From the human T2T-CHM13v2.0 reference genome, Homo sapiens, in NCBI RefSeq assembly GCF_009914755.1, contig NC_060947.1: 64,000 nt of DNA; one strand, 5' to 3'. The notes beneath the pieces were generated by a model. It saw nothing but the letters and a program-made list of their open reading frames with translations. It was not told the origin of the DNA and did not search any database. The translations under genes were made by a program, and so were the position numbers. Positions 1 through 10,743 of the stretch are shown here, piece after piece; position 1 is the first letter of the stretch; the number at the start of each line of letters is the position of its first letter.

Positions 1-61
1 CTCGCCGCCCGCTTTCCAAGACATATGTCCCGCTTGCAGCCCATTTCGATGCTGCGAAACG
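1..61 (+). other. ARMCX3: Predicted ARMCX3 5'-UTR exon 1 (3' part)
   Basis: Strong donor AACG|GTGAGC at 61/62. Confidence 0.65.
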
Positions 62-455
62 GTGAGCTGCGGGGTGTTTGGGGAAGAGCTCAGAGACTGG
101 GAAATGGGAATCTGCTGGGAGCCTAGGGCCGCAATCCGGAAAGGGAGCTGTGGCCTGGGTGTTGGCCCCTAGTCCACCAGGACAGTGCCGGAGGGGAATG
201 GCTGGATATGGGGGCGGGGGTGGTGAGATGCAACGCGATATGTCAGCAGAACCCCAAGAGAGGTAATAGGGGTGGGAAACCTCTGACAACCAGGCCTCCG
301 AATTAGAAAAGAGTTTTGTGTTCTGGGGACTAGTCCGTCCACCAAGCGCTCAGTGGCGGCAGTTTCCCGTCTTTCTGCCTGTGGCTGTGTCTTACTGACC
401 ATGGCTCTGTGTCTAGTGGGTCCAAGCCTCTCCCGGGTGGCCAGTCTTTCTGTAG

Positions 456-524
456 GTTGCGGCACAACGCCAGGCAAAAGAAGAGGAAGGAATTTAATCC
501 TAATCGGTGGAGGTCGATTTGAGG
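456..524 (+). other. ARMCX3: Predicted ARMCX3 5'-UTR exon 2 (69 nt)
   Basis: Acceptor TCTTTCTGTAG|G at 455/456; donor GAGG|GTAAGA at 524/525. Confidence 0.7.
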
Positions 525-788
525 GTAAGACCATCTGGGGACCCTAGGAGGGACGGGGGTGGCGGCGGGGGTGGGGAGAAGGCAGAGAAGGTAATAATCT
601 AGGTACATGTCTGAGTCCGAATGTGTTTCTTGCACTCCCCGGACTGTGGCGAAATGGCGTGCTTTGTGTGTCTGTGGTTGGGGGGAAGTGGGGGAAATGA
701 CAGCAGGGAAACCTATCGGATAGTTTGTTCGTAATCCTCCTCTCTCAACAGCACTTACTCTCCATGTTTTCGATCTGTCATCCTGCAG

Positions 789-849
789 GTCTGCTGTAGC
801 AGGTGGCTCCGCTTGAAGCGAGGGAGGAAGTTTCCTCCGATCAGTAGAG
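789..849 (+). other. ARMCX3: Predicted ARMCX3 5'-UTR exon 3 (61 nt)
   Basis: Acceptor CATCCTGCAG|G at 788/789; donor GAG|GTCGGT at 849/850. Confidence 0.6.
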
Positions 850-1110
850 GTCGGTGTGGGCGTGGGGGCTGCCTGGAATGGGGGAGGGGTTAGAAATCGC
901 CGGCACTTTGGACAGGCTCTTCCAATCCTGCTTTATTTTCCTTACCTCCCTCCCATTTCAGGCTAGGGAGGGGGCAGACCTGTGCATGTCTGGGATAGCA
1001 TAAAGAGGTTAAAAACAAACCTGATAACCGGAATGGTGAATCAGGAAAGCAACGAATCAACAGTCAACCCATCAAGTGCTCCATTCTCACTGGCTCTGGT
1101 CTCTCTGCAG

Positions 1111-1181
1111 ATTGGAAAGATTGTTGGGAGTGGCACACCACTAGGGAAAAGAAGAAGGGGCGAACTGCTTGTCTTGAGGAG
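1111..1181 (+). other. ARMCX3: Predicted ARMCX3 5'-UTR exon 4 (71 nt)
   Basis: Acceptor CTCTCTGCAG|A at 1110/1111; donor GAG|GTTAGT at 1181/1182. The terminal-exon acceptor is TTCTTCCACTCCTAG|G at 1464/1465. Confidence 0.65.
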
Positions 1182-1610
1182 GTTAGTGCAAGGGTTCTAG
1201 TCAGGTCCCTAGGGACATCTGAGGTTGTGGTGACTGAGACCCCAGCAGAGTCTGTGGATTCCATTGACATTATCTAGGCTTTGGGCGGGGTGACCTGGGA
1301 TGGGGAGGGAAAGGCTGAAATGAGAGGCATAGAGATTTCGTCAACAATCTACATTTCCTACCTAGCATTCAATTATTATTATCTTGTCCCTCTGTGCAGC
1401 TCCCTGCATGGGGCAACACAAGCAGAAGAGAAACTCAAACCCAATTTTCTTCTTCCACTCCTAGGTCAACCCCCAGAATCAGCTCTTGTGGCCTTGAAGT
1501 GGCTGAAGACGATCACCCTCCACAGGCTTGAGCCCAGTCCCACAGCCTTCCTCCCCCAGCCTGAGTGACTACTCTATTCCTTGGTCCCTGCTATTGTCGG
1601 GGACGATTGC

Positions 1611-2750
1611 ATGGGCTACGCCAGGAAAGTAGGCTGGGTGACCGCAGGCCTGGTGATTGGGGCTGGCGCCTGCTATTGCATTTATAGACTGACTAGGGGA
1701 AGAAAACAGAACAAGGAAAAAATGGCTGAGGGTGGATCTGGGGATGTGGATGATGCTGGGGACTGTTCTGGGGCCAGGTATAATGACTGGTCTGATGATG
1801 ATGATGACAGCAATGAGAGCAAGAGTATAGTATGGTACCCACCTTGGGCTCGGATTGGGACTGAAGCTGGAACCAGAGCTAGGGCCAGGGCAAGGGCCAG
1901 GGCTACCCGGGCACGTCGGGCTGTCCAGAAACGGGCTTCCCCCAATTCAGATGATACCGTTTTGTCCCCTCAAGAGCTACAAAAGGTTCTTTGCTTGGTT
2001 GAGATGTCTGAAAAGCCTTATATTCTTGAAGCAGCTTTAATTGCTCTGGGTAACAATGCTGCTTATGCATTTAACAGAGATATTATTCGTGATCTGGGTG
2101 GTCTCCCAATTGTCGCAAAGATTCTCAATACTCGGGATCCCATAGTTAAGGAAAAGGCTTTAATTGTCCTGAATAACTTGAGTGTGAATGCTGAAAATCA
2201 GCGCAGGCTTAAAGTATACATGAATCAAGTGTGTGATGACACAATCACTTCTCGCTTGAACTCATCTGTGCAGCTTGCTGGACTGAGATTGCTTACAAAT
2301 ATGACTGTTACTAATGAGTATCAGCACATGCTTGCTAATTCCATTTCTGACTTTTTTCGTTTATTTTCAGCGGGAAATGAAGAAACCAAACTTCAGGTTC
2401 TGAAACTCCTTTTGAATTTGGCTGAAAATCCAGCCATGACTAGGGAACTGCTCAGGGCCCAAGTACCATCTTCACTGGGCTCCCTCTTTAATAAGAAGGA
2501 GAACAAAGAAGTTATTCTTAAACTTCTGGTCATATTTGAGAACATAAATGATAATTTCAAATGGGAAGAAAATGAACCTACTCAGAATCAATTCGGTGAA
2601 GGTTCACTTTTTTTCTTTTTAAAAGAATTTCAAGTGTGTGCTGATAAGGTTCTGGGAATAGAAAGTCACCATGATTTTTTGGTGAAAGTAAAAGTTGGAA
2701 AATTCATGGCCAAACTTGCTGAACATATGTTCCCAAAGAGCCAGGAATAA
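1611..2750 (+). CDS. ARMCX3: Armadillo repeat-containing X-linked protein 3 (ALEX3), 379 aa. N-terminal TM/mitochondrial anchor, acidic patch, RA-repeat, C-terminal Arm_2 domain. Intronless CDS.
   Basis: The first ATG at 1611 gives MGYARKVGWVTAGLVIGAGACYCIYRL...LAEHMFPKSQE*, which I recognise as ARMCX3. Armadillo-type repeats are visible (IIRDLGGLPIVAKILN...KEKALIVLNNLS). Confidence 0.97.
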   Translation: MGYARKVGWVTAGLVIGAGACYCIYRLTRGRKQNKEKMAEGGSGDVDDAGDCSGARYNDWSDDDDDSNESKSIVWYPPWARIGTEAGTRARARARARATRARRAVQKRASPNSDDTVLSPQELQKVLCLVEMSEKPYILEAALIALGNNAAYAFNRDIIRDLGGLPIVAKILNTRDPIVKEKALIVLNNLSVNAENQRRLKVYMNQVCDDTITSRLNSSVQLAGLRLLTNMTVTNEYQHMLANSISDFFRLFSAGNEETKLQVLKLLLNLAENPAMTRELLRAQVPSSLGSLFNKKENKEVILKLLVIFENINDNFKWEENEPTQNQFGEGSLFFFLKEFQVCADKVLGIESHHDFLVKVKVGKFMAKLAEHMFPKSQE

Positions 2751-3080
2751 CACCTTGATTTTGTAATTTAGAAGCAACACACATTGTAAACTATTCATTT
2801 TCTCCACCTTGTTTATATGGTAAAGGAATCCTTTCAGCTGCCAGTTTTGAATAATGAATATCATATTGTATCATCAATGCTGATATTTAACTGAGTTGGT
2901 CTTTAGGTTTAAGATGGATAAATGAATATCACTACTTGTTCTGAAAACATGTTTGTTGCTTTTTATCTCGCTGCCTAGATTGAAATATTTTGCTATTTCT
3001 TCTGCATAAGTGACAGTGAACCAATTCATCATGAGTAAGCTCCCTTCTGTCATTTTCATTGATTTAATTTGTGTATCATC

Positions 3081-3086
3081 AATAAA
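3081..3086 (+). terminator. ARMCX3: Proximal polyadenylation signal of ARMCX3
   Basis: AATAAA inside a 30-nt block also found at the ARMCX2 poly(A) signal. Confidence 0.7.
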
Positions 3087-3129
3087 ATTGTATGTTAATG
3101 CTGGAAAGAAAAAAAGAAGAAAGAAAGAA

Positions 3130-4330
3130 ACCATCCCTGTCCTTCAGTTTATAATCTAGTTGGAGAGATAAGAAACGTACAAACCAAAAGATAACAGAAT
3201 ATCTGAAGCATGTACTCATTGTCAGATGTTCCCTCTGAGAGCACAGAGGAGGCAAAAGCTTCTGTGGGATGTGCTAGTCGGCTAAAGCTTCACAGAGGAG
3301 GTGGCAATTGAAAATGAGTCCTGAATGGGGTAGGGTGGTTAGGGAATTCCATGAGACAAGACAAGGGGGGCATGGTGTGAGAAAGGCATGGAAGTAGGAA
3401 CCCTCTTCCTATGACAGGAGATCATTCTGCTTAGAGTGGAGAGTGTGGAGAGTGGGAGTAGATAATTTTGGAAAGCTGGGTGAAGCCAGTTGTGGAGAAT
3501 TGTTTGAATATTATCCCATTGAATACCCAGAGCCACTAAATCTTTTTTTACTAGAAAATAATTGGGGTCCATATGAAAGTCTCTATTACTGAGTAGTGTC
3601 AATGAGGGTGTGGCAAAATGGAGCCTTTCACATCCTAGTGGTGGCCATTTGGTAATACAGATATAAGCCTTAAACTATGTAAACCCTTGTCCTAAGGAAG
3701 TAATTGAATAATTGCCCAAAGATTGTATGTATGAGGCTGTTCATCCCAGCACTGTCTAAGCTAGTAAAAATTGGAAACAATTTAAGTATCTAGCACATTG
3801 GATTGGTTATAAAGCAAGGAATGTTCACACAGTAGGATATTATAAGTATGCTGATGGAAATCTATATTGCCAGGAAAAGCTATTCATTATGCGTTGTGAA
3901 GTCAGAAAGTAAAAAAGGGTAGATAGAAGTATTCGAAGTATAGTTCCATTTTTTGAGACTAATAAAACATATGTTTAAAAGGACACTAAAAACTGGAGTT
4001 ATAGATATCCAGATAGAAACAGTAGTTATCTTTGGGTAGAAGAATAATGAGTGATCTTTACTTTTTTACTTTTTATTCATCTTTGTGTTTTTATTTATCT
4101 AAAATGGGTATTGATTTTTAGGACGGTTTTGAAAAAGAAAAGTGTTGGGAATGAAGCAAGTGATTGATTGGAAAACATACTGAATGGAAGAAATATTTAG
4201 ATTAAAAATGAGGTAGGTTGAAGTTTCTTCTCTGAAATGATAGATAAATGGTGAAGATAAGGCTTATTGTGAGGATTCAGTGAGGTAATATATGCAAAGT
4301 ACTTACAATGTTCTGGCACATAGTAATTAA
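3130..4330. mobile_element. Ancient repeat fragments in the distal ARMCX3 3' region: L2-like ~3130-3400, L1ME-like ~3700-4070, MIR ~4215-4330
   Basis: MIR-like TTGTGAGGATTCAGTGAGGTAATATATGCAAAGTACTT...TGGCACATAGTAA; L2-like CCCTGTCCTTCAGTTTATAATCTAGTTGG; old L1 3'-end-like motifs. Confidence 0.5.
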
Positions 4331-4432
4331 TTAAGAAAATCGAGCACCCTTAATTACCTAGAATGCAGGGTTGTTAGTTTTTTGGTTGACTTTTGTTTTG
4401 CTGGGGCATTCTGCCATGTTTTAGTGTCATTT

Positions 4433-4454
4433 AATAAATAATAGTAACAATAAA
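4433..4454 (+). terminator. ARMCX3: Distal tandem polyadenylation signals of ARMCX3
   Basis: AATAAA at 4433-4438 and 4449-4454. Confidence 0.55.
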
Positions 4455-6954
4455 GGTTAACATTTATTAAGTGACTACTGTGTAAAGTTCTATCATTCCT
4501 GCAAGGCAACTGTTAAAATAATTTCTCACAGGAGTAGAGTTTTCTTTCTTTCCTAAAAATCCAAAGTGTTTCCTCAGACATGATCACACCAGCCTCCACA
4601 ATATATTTCTAGTTGTTTGGGGGATGTTATCCTGCTTTATATATGAGGCCAGGAAAGGGTAAAATCCTCTATTCACTTACCTGGTTTTATACCCAGGTTT
4701 CCCTGTATGTACTGTAATGGGGTGATGGAAAAGTGAACTAACATTTTTTCTTGTTCCTATTGTTAGGTGAGAGAGAGAGATTTGTGGGGAGATGGAGTGG
4801 GGAGGATTAATTCCTTTAAAATAAATTCAGTTTGATGTACCTGCGTGACACTCAGATGGGGATATCCTATTGTCATTTGAATGATTGATCTGGTGCTCAG
4901 AGGAGATGAACAGGCTGCAAATAAGGATTTGAGAGCCATTGGAGGATGGATGATAATGGAGCACATGGAAGCAGATGTGGCCCTTCAGAGAGAAGGTGCA
5001 GAGTCAGAGTGAAGGGTTGCAAAAGAACTGTAAGGGACTATGGGCAGCTGGGGAGAGAAGCACAGAATTGAAACAATGTATACCCTTCCAGACACTTTTA
5101 CTATTCATATACTTATATATTCTTTACATAAAATTGGATCATACTATTGAAAAATTTTCAGTGCCTGATTTAAAACTTTTTTCCTCAAAAAAAGAATAAT
5201 ATTCATTGGAGATATAATACTTGAAAAAATAGAGTTGATGAGTACAAACTTGTGCCTTGACCCAGATATGTAGCTTGAACATCTAACAAAAATCCAGATC
5301 AAGCCATGTTGAACTTGAGATGCGGAGCGACTTTTACACCTGGGGTGAAAATGAGGCTAACTCGAGTAGTAAAAATCCCCAGTGAGGCAGGTATAGGCCT
5401 GACTAGCACCCATCTGCTCCTTTCCCCATTCCTTTGTTCCTTCTCATTCTTCTTTCCACTTCCTTCCTCCTACTTTTCTTTATTTTATCCTTCTGGGAGA
5501 TCATTGGTGGTAGCCTCTCTGGGCTTCTCTGACCCTTCAATTCCCATGACGCCATGCCATGTATCAGTGGGCATTTAATACAGAATAATAACTGTCATTG
5601 CTCTGGTCATAAGTTGACCCTGGGTGTGACTGGATGCCAAGAATTTTTGGAACCTTTGTTGGACAAAAAGAGACTGAGAAGGAACTAGTCTTAACTTGTC
5701 ACGGCCACATGTGCACTGCATGAATTTTTGATGTCCTGTACCCGGTCTTATTTAGACTGAATAACCCGGAGTCTGGGAAAGGTGTATGAGATAGATGTGT
5801 GACTGCTTGGTCCAGGCAGCCAGGTCACAGGTTGATGTCCCAATGTTTTCACATAGGAGGTTGTCACTCTCAATCCTTTTGGAAGGGGCAGAGTTCTAGG
5901 ATTGTAGCTGATTATGGCAGCCCATTGGCACATGGAGGAGGCAGTGTCTTCTCTTTAGAGAGGATGGCAGCTTCTGGGAAACCAAGGAAACCAGAAACTC
6001 AGAGGATGTCCTGCTATTTTGGTTTTGTTCTCATCTAACAGTTTTAGGAATATAAGTGGATCTATCCCAGTGCAAACATGTTCAAAGGCGATTTTACAAA
6101 AGTGGAGTGTTGTTCTGTTGTAAATTGTCAGCCAATATACATAATATTTCAAGGCTCAGGAAATGGATTTTCTTTTTTGAAAAATTCACATTTTACCTGT
6201 CTTTTTTCAAAAGAGATTCCAAGTGTAGGCTTAGCAAATTGATGTGGTTCAGGCAAATTTTATGTTTATGGCTCTCTTTCATTAATTTCTTTGCTAAGTT
6301 CCCTTGAGAATGGCCTTTTAGATAATGATTCATACTATTTTCAATGCTAGCTTTTTACATTTATTTTGCATTGCATCCCAGGCTGAAGATTTTTTTCCGG
6401 TTTTTCTGTTTAAACCATGGCTCTTTCTTGCTTTTAAGCCAGAGCCGTGTCACCACCATCCTGGGGTCCCTTATCTGCCCTGCCCCGAGGGTATGGTATT
6501 AGCAGGATAAGTAATATTTACTTATCTGAGTGGCATAGCTCAGTGCTTGACCCTCTCCACTGGGGCCCTCTCAGGTATTGTGCTAAGGGCTTGGGCAATG
6601 TATGCTTTAGGGGATAGATGGGAGAGGAGGGAGAGGGGAGAAGGGAGTGAAGGAAGCCTTATCAGAGAGGTAACTTTATTCTGACAGGGTGCCCTCAAAG
6701 TAGGAGAACTTGGTGGATCCATCTCCACTGTGAGGATAAAGTTATTGCTGAAATCCAATTCTTGTATTCAAGAGATGCAGCACATTTCTCCCTGGACACA
6801 ATTATAAATTTTGTCTGCCCAGATGCTCCTTTAGCAGAGGTAGAGCATCGGTGGGTGGTAGTTTTATGACTATTAACATATATGATCAAATTGGCTATCA
6901 AAAAGAGTTTAAGAGAAATATACTTTTTTTTAGCAGTGTGATTAATTTTTTAAA

Positions 6955-7925
6955 TTATATTTTTAAAAAAATGACGAATAATAAAAAGTATGTATTTATG
7001 GAGTACAGTATCATGTTATGATACATGAATACATTGTGGAATGATTAAAACAGGCCTATTAACATACAACACCTAACATACTAATCTTTTGTGGTGGGAA
7101 CACTTAAAATCTACTTTTTAAGCAATTTTGGAATATACAATATGTTATTATTAAGTATAGTCCCCATGCAATGAAATAGGCTACTAGAACTTAATCCATT
7201 TGTCTAACTGAAACTTTGTGCCCTTTAAGAAACATCTCTCCTTTCCTTGTGCCTCCCCTTACCCCCATCCCGTGGTAACTACCATTCTACTCTACTTCTA
7301 TGAATTCGACTTTTTAAGATTCCACATATAAGTGAGATCATGCATTATTTGTCTTTTTGTGCCTGACTTATTTCACCTAGTACAATGTTTTCTAGATTAA
7401 CATGTTATTGCAAATGTTGCAACTGACAAATTTTCCTTCTTTTTTTTTTTTAAGAGACATAAGACATAAGAGTCTCATTACGTTGCCCATGCTGGTATCG
7501 AACTCCTGGGCTCAAGAGATCCTCCCACCCCAGCCTCTGAATTAGCTAGGACTACAGGCCAGTGCCAGTACACCCGGCTGGCTAGAATTTTCTTCTTTTT
7601 AAAGGCTGCATTGTTTCCATTGTATTTCCATTTGCATGTGCCACACTTTCTTTATCCATCCAATGATGGACACTTAGGTTGATTCCACATCTTGGCTATT
7701 GTGAATAATGCTGCAATGAACATGGGAGTGAAGATATCTCTTTGATACACTGATTTCAATTCCTTTGAATATATATGCAGAAGTGGGATTGCTGGATAAT
7801 ATGGTAATTAAAATTTTAGTTTTTTGAGGGGCCTCCATACTCTTTTCCAAAATGGCTGTACTAATTTACATTCCCACCAACAATGTTCAAGGATTTCATA
7901 TTCTTGACATTCTTACCAAAATTGT
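6955..7925 (-). mobile_element. L1MA-type 3' fragment interrupted by an Alu monomer
   Basis: Antisense L1 3' motifs: TTCCACATATAAGTGAGATCATG, GATGGACACTTAGGTTGATTCC, TTTACATTCCCACCAACAATG. Confidence 0.85.
7440..7582 (-). mobile_element. FLAM/AluJ left monomer
   Basis: Poly-T followed by GAGTCTCATTACGTTGCCCATGCTGG...CTCCTGGGCTCAAG. Flanked by the near-direct repeats AATTTTCCTTCTTTT / AATTTTCTTCTTTT. Confidence 0.85.
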
Positions 7926-8004
7926 CACAGTTTGTAAAAGGTAGTCTAATAAGTGGCCTAAGTGAATGTGACAACACTTCATTGAAAGCAATCTTAGGTT
8001 TTTC

Positions 8005-8239
8005 CAACTATAGTCAATAATAACTTAATTGTACATTCTAAAATAACTCAAAGAGTGTAATTGGATTGCTTGTAACTTAAAGGATAAATGCTTGAGGGGA
8101 TGGATGCCTCATTCTCCATGATGTGCTTATTTCACATTGCATGCCTGTATCAAAACATTACATTTATCCCATAATATACACACTTACTATGTACCCCCAA
8201 AAAATAAACATTAAAATTAAGTTTTCAAAAAAAAAAAAA
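8005..8239 (+). mobile_element. L1MA1/2-like 3' end with poly(A)
   Basis: ACTATAGTCAATAATAACTTAATTGTACATT...GGATAAATGCTTGAGGGGATGGA...TATGTACCC, then a poly(A) tail. Confidence 0.85.
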
Positions 8240-9130
8240 CCTTAATGTTGTCCTAGGACACATGACAGTGAGTAATCTAATCAGTGTACTTGAGAGTTTG
8301 AAAGTCTACTGGCTATTCCAGTCTTCCAACAAGACAGTTATTATATATTATCATGTGTGCTTGGAACCAAAGATAAGAAACTGATCTTTTTGAAGCATAG
8401 AATGAATTGTCAGATATAGAGGGTTTAGGCACTATGAGTTAAGACATTTTGGTGGACACTTACAAGATAAAGTAATATGCTTATCAAACATGGTGAAATA
8501 GTTTAAATTTATAAAATAAACTTGGGTACAAATGGAAAAAATAGTAAATCATATAATAGTGTAATAAAAAATAAAATAAGTGTCAGAGGGACATTGAGAC
8601 TGATACAATTGGTTGAACTAGCAATTGATGCAATCATTCTATGCACTAGTTTGATGAGTTTGATAGATAGATGATAGTCATTGACGAGTGATACATGTTC
8701 TTTTAATCAAAAGAAATAAAAGAATAATGTTGACACATGGGCTCTATAGTGTAATACTCTAAAAACTTGCTAGAATAGAGAAAAGCTGTTGATTTAAAAA
8801 ATATTTCTTATGTTCCACCACCTTTTCTAATTTGCTGATTGACTTTCTAATTTTTAAATAGTCCCTTGTTTTTTAGAAGAATACAATCATTATCAGTTGT
8901 AAATATAAATTAATTTTATCTTTTCCCAATTTTACACTATTTCTTATCTTATTGCAATAGTTATAATCTCAAAAAACACTTGAATAAGAATGGAAATTGT
9001 GAGTAACAGTGACTCGTTTCTGGTTTTAGTGGGAATTACTTTGGCATTTCATGGTCTGAATGAGGATTGCTGTTGATTGTTGGTAAAAAGTGCTTTTAAT
9101 ATTTAAGTCATCCCCTTCTATTTCTATTAG

Positions 9131-9488
<358 letters not shown>

Positions 9489-9577
9489 TAATTATATTGA
9501 TAGAATTCCTGGGGGAAAAAAGACACTATCTGTCTCAAAACGCACATAGAAAAAAAACTTTTTTAGAAAAGAGAATT

Positions 9578-9759
<182 letters not shown>

Positions 9760-10427
9760 TTATTTTTGCCTTTGTGGATCTATCCCTATCAGGTAATAGT
9801 ACAGTTTTTTTCTTGCTATACTTCTGAGATCTGTTTGTCTACATATTTTAGAGTTTGTTAATATTTTATTTTTTTTATGTTTATCATTGATAACTGCTTA
9901 TAGTTACCTTTTTATGTACTATCTTTAACAGATTTTGGTCTCAGCTTTGCTAGCTTTATAAAATCATTAGTGAACTTTCCATTTTTTCCTGTTTTCTGGT
10001 AGAGTTTAGATAACATTGGTATTATCTTTTCCTTAAAGGTTAGTTAGAACCCAACTGCAAAACTTTTGGTTTGTTTTACAATGGTAAATCTACAAACACA
10101 TTTCCGATCTCATCTGTAGTAATTGTTCTAGTCAAATTTTCTATTTCTTGAGTTAATGTTGGTAACTTCTATTCTATTAGGAAATTATATGTTATCTTTA
10201 GATTTTCAATTTTGATGTCATATGTTTGTGTGTAAAATTATAATAATAATAATTATAATATAATAATAAATTACTCATGTGATTTATAATAATCACATCT
10301 ATTTGTGTGGTTCAACCCTTTAATCATAATTTGTATGCTTTTGCTTTCCCTGTGTTTTCTTAGTCATACTCATGATGTTTATGTATTTTATTGGTGATTT
10401 AAAAAAAACCAACTTTTTATCACTTTT

Positions 10428-10634
10428 TAAATTACACTTTAAGTTCTGGGTTACATGTGCAGAATCTGCAGTTTTGTTTCATAGGTATACACGTGCCATG
10501 GTGGTTTGCTGCACCCATCAACCTGTCACCTACATTAGGTATTTCTCCTGATGTTATCCCTCCCCTAGCCACCCACCCACTAACAGGACCCGGTGTGATG
10601 TTCCCTTCCCTGTGTCCATGTGTTCTCATTGTTC
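10428..10634 (-). mobile_element. L1PA 3' end (~205 bp) fused to U6
   Basis: Reverse complement reads GAACAATGAGAACACATGGACACAGGGAAGGGAACATCACACC...CCAGAACTTAAAGTGTAATTTAAA. Confidence 0.92.
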
Positions 10635-10743
10635 AAAAATATATGGAATGCTTCACGAATTTGCGTGTCATCCTTGCGCGGGGGCCATGCTAATCTTCTC
10701 TGTATCGTTACAATTTTAGTATATGTGCTGCCGAAGCGAGCAC
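10635..10743 (-). pseudogene. Full-length U6 snRNA retropseudogene (U6-L1 chimera)
   Basis: Reverse complement is GTGCTCGCTTCGGCAGCACATATACTAAAATTGTAACGATACAGAGAAGATTAGCATGGCCCC...CCATATATTTTT, i.e. U6 including the ACAGAGA box. Target-site duplication (TSD) TTTATCACTTTT at 10416-10427 and 10746-10757 encloses U6 plus L1. Confidence 0.96.

Larger units (their letters stand above)
1..910 (+). promoter_or_regulatory. ARMCX3: GC/CpG-rich 5' region of ARMCX3; the TSS is at or just before the window start
   Basis: Raised CpG density and GC-box-like GGGGGCGGGG at ~210. Lies upstream of the ARMCX3 CDS and contains its UTR splice sites. Confidence 0.65.

Noticed and set aside
1581-1610. 10-aa N-terminal extension of ARMCX3 in the ORF track
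   Set aside because: It starts at TTG. The first ATG is at 1611 and aligns with the ARMCX2 N-terminal anchor.
2835-2851. AGCTGCCAGTT resembles the 5' part of mature miR-22
   Set aside because: A short same-sense match with no pre-miRNA hairpin evident. It is not a target site in this orientation and is likely coincidental.
10635-10743. Functional U6 snRNA gene
   Set aside because: It is fused to L1, flanked by a TSD, carries substitutions and indels, and has no recognisable upstream PSE/TATA.
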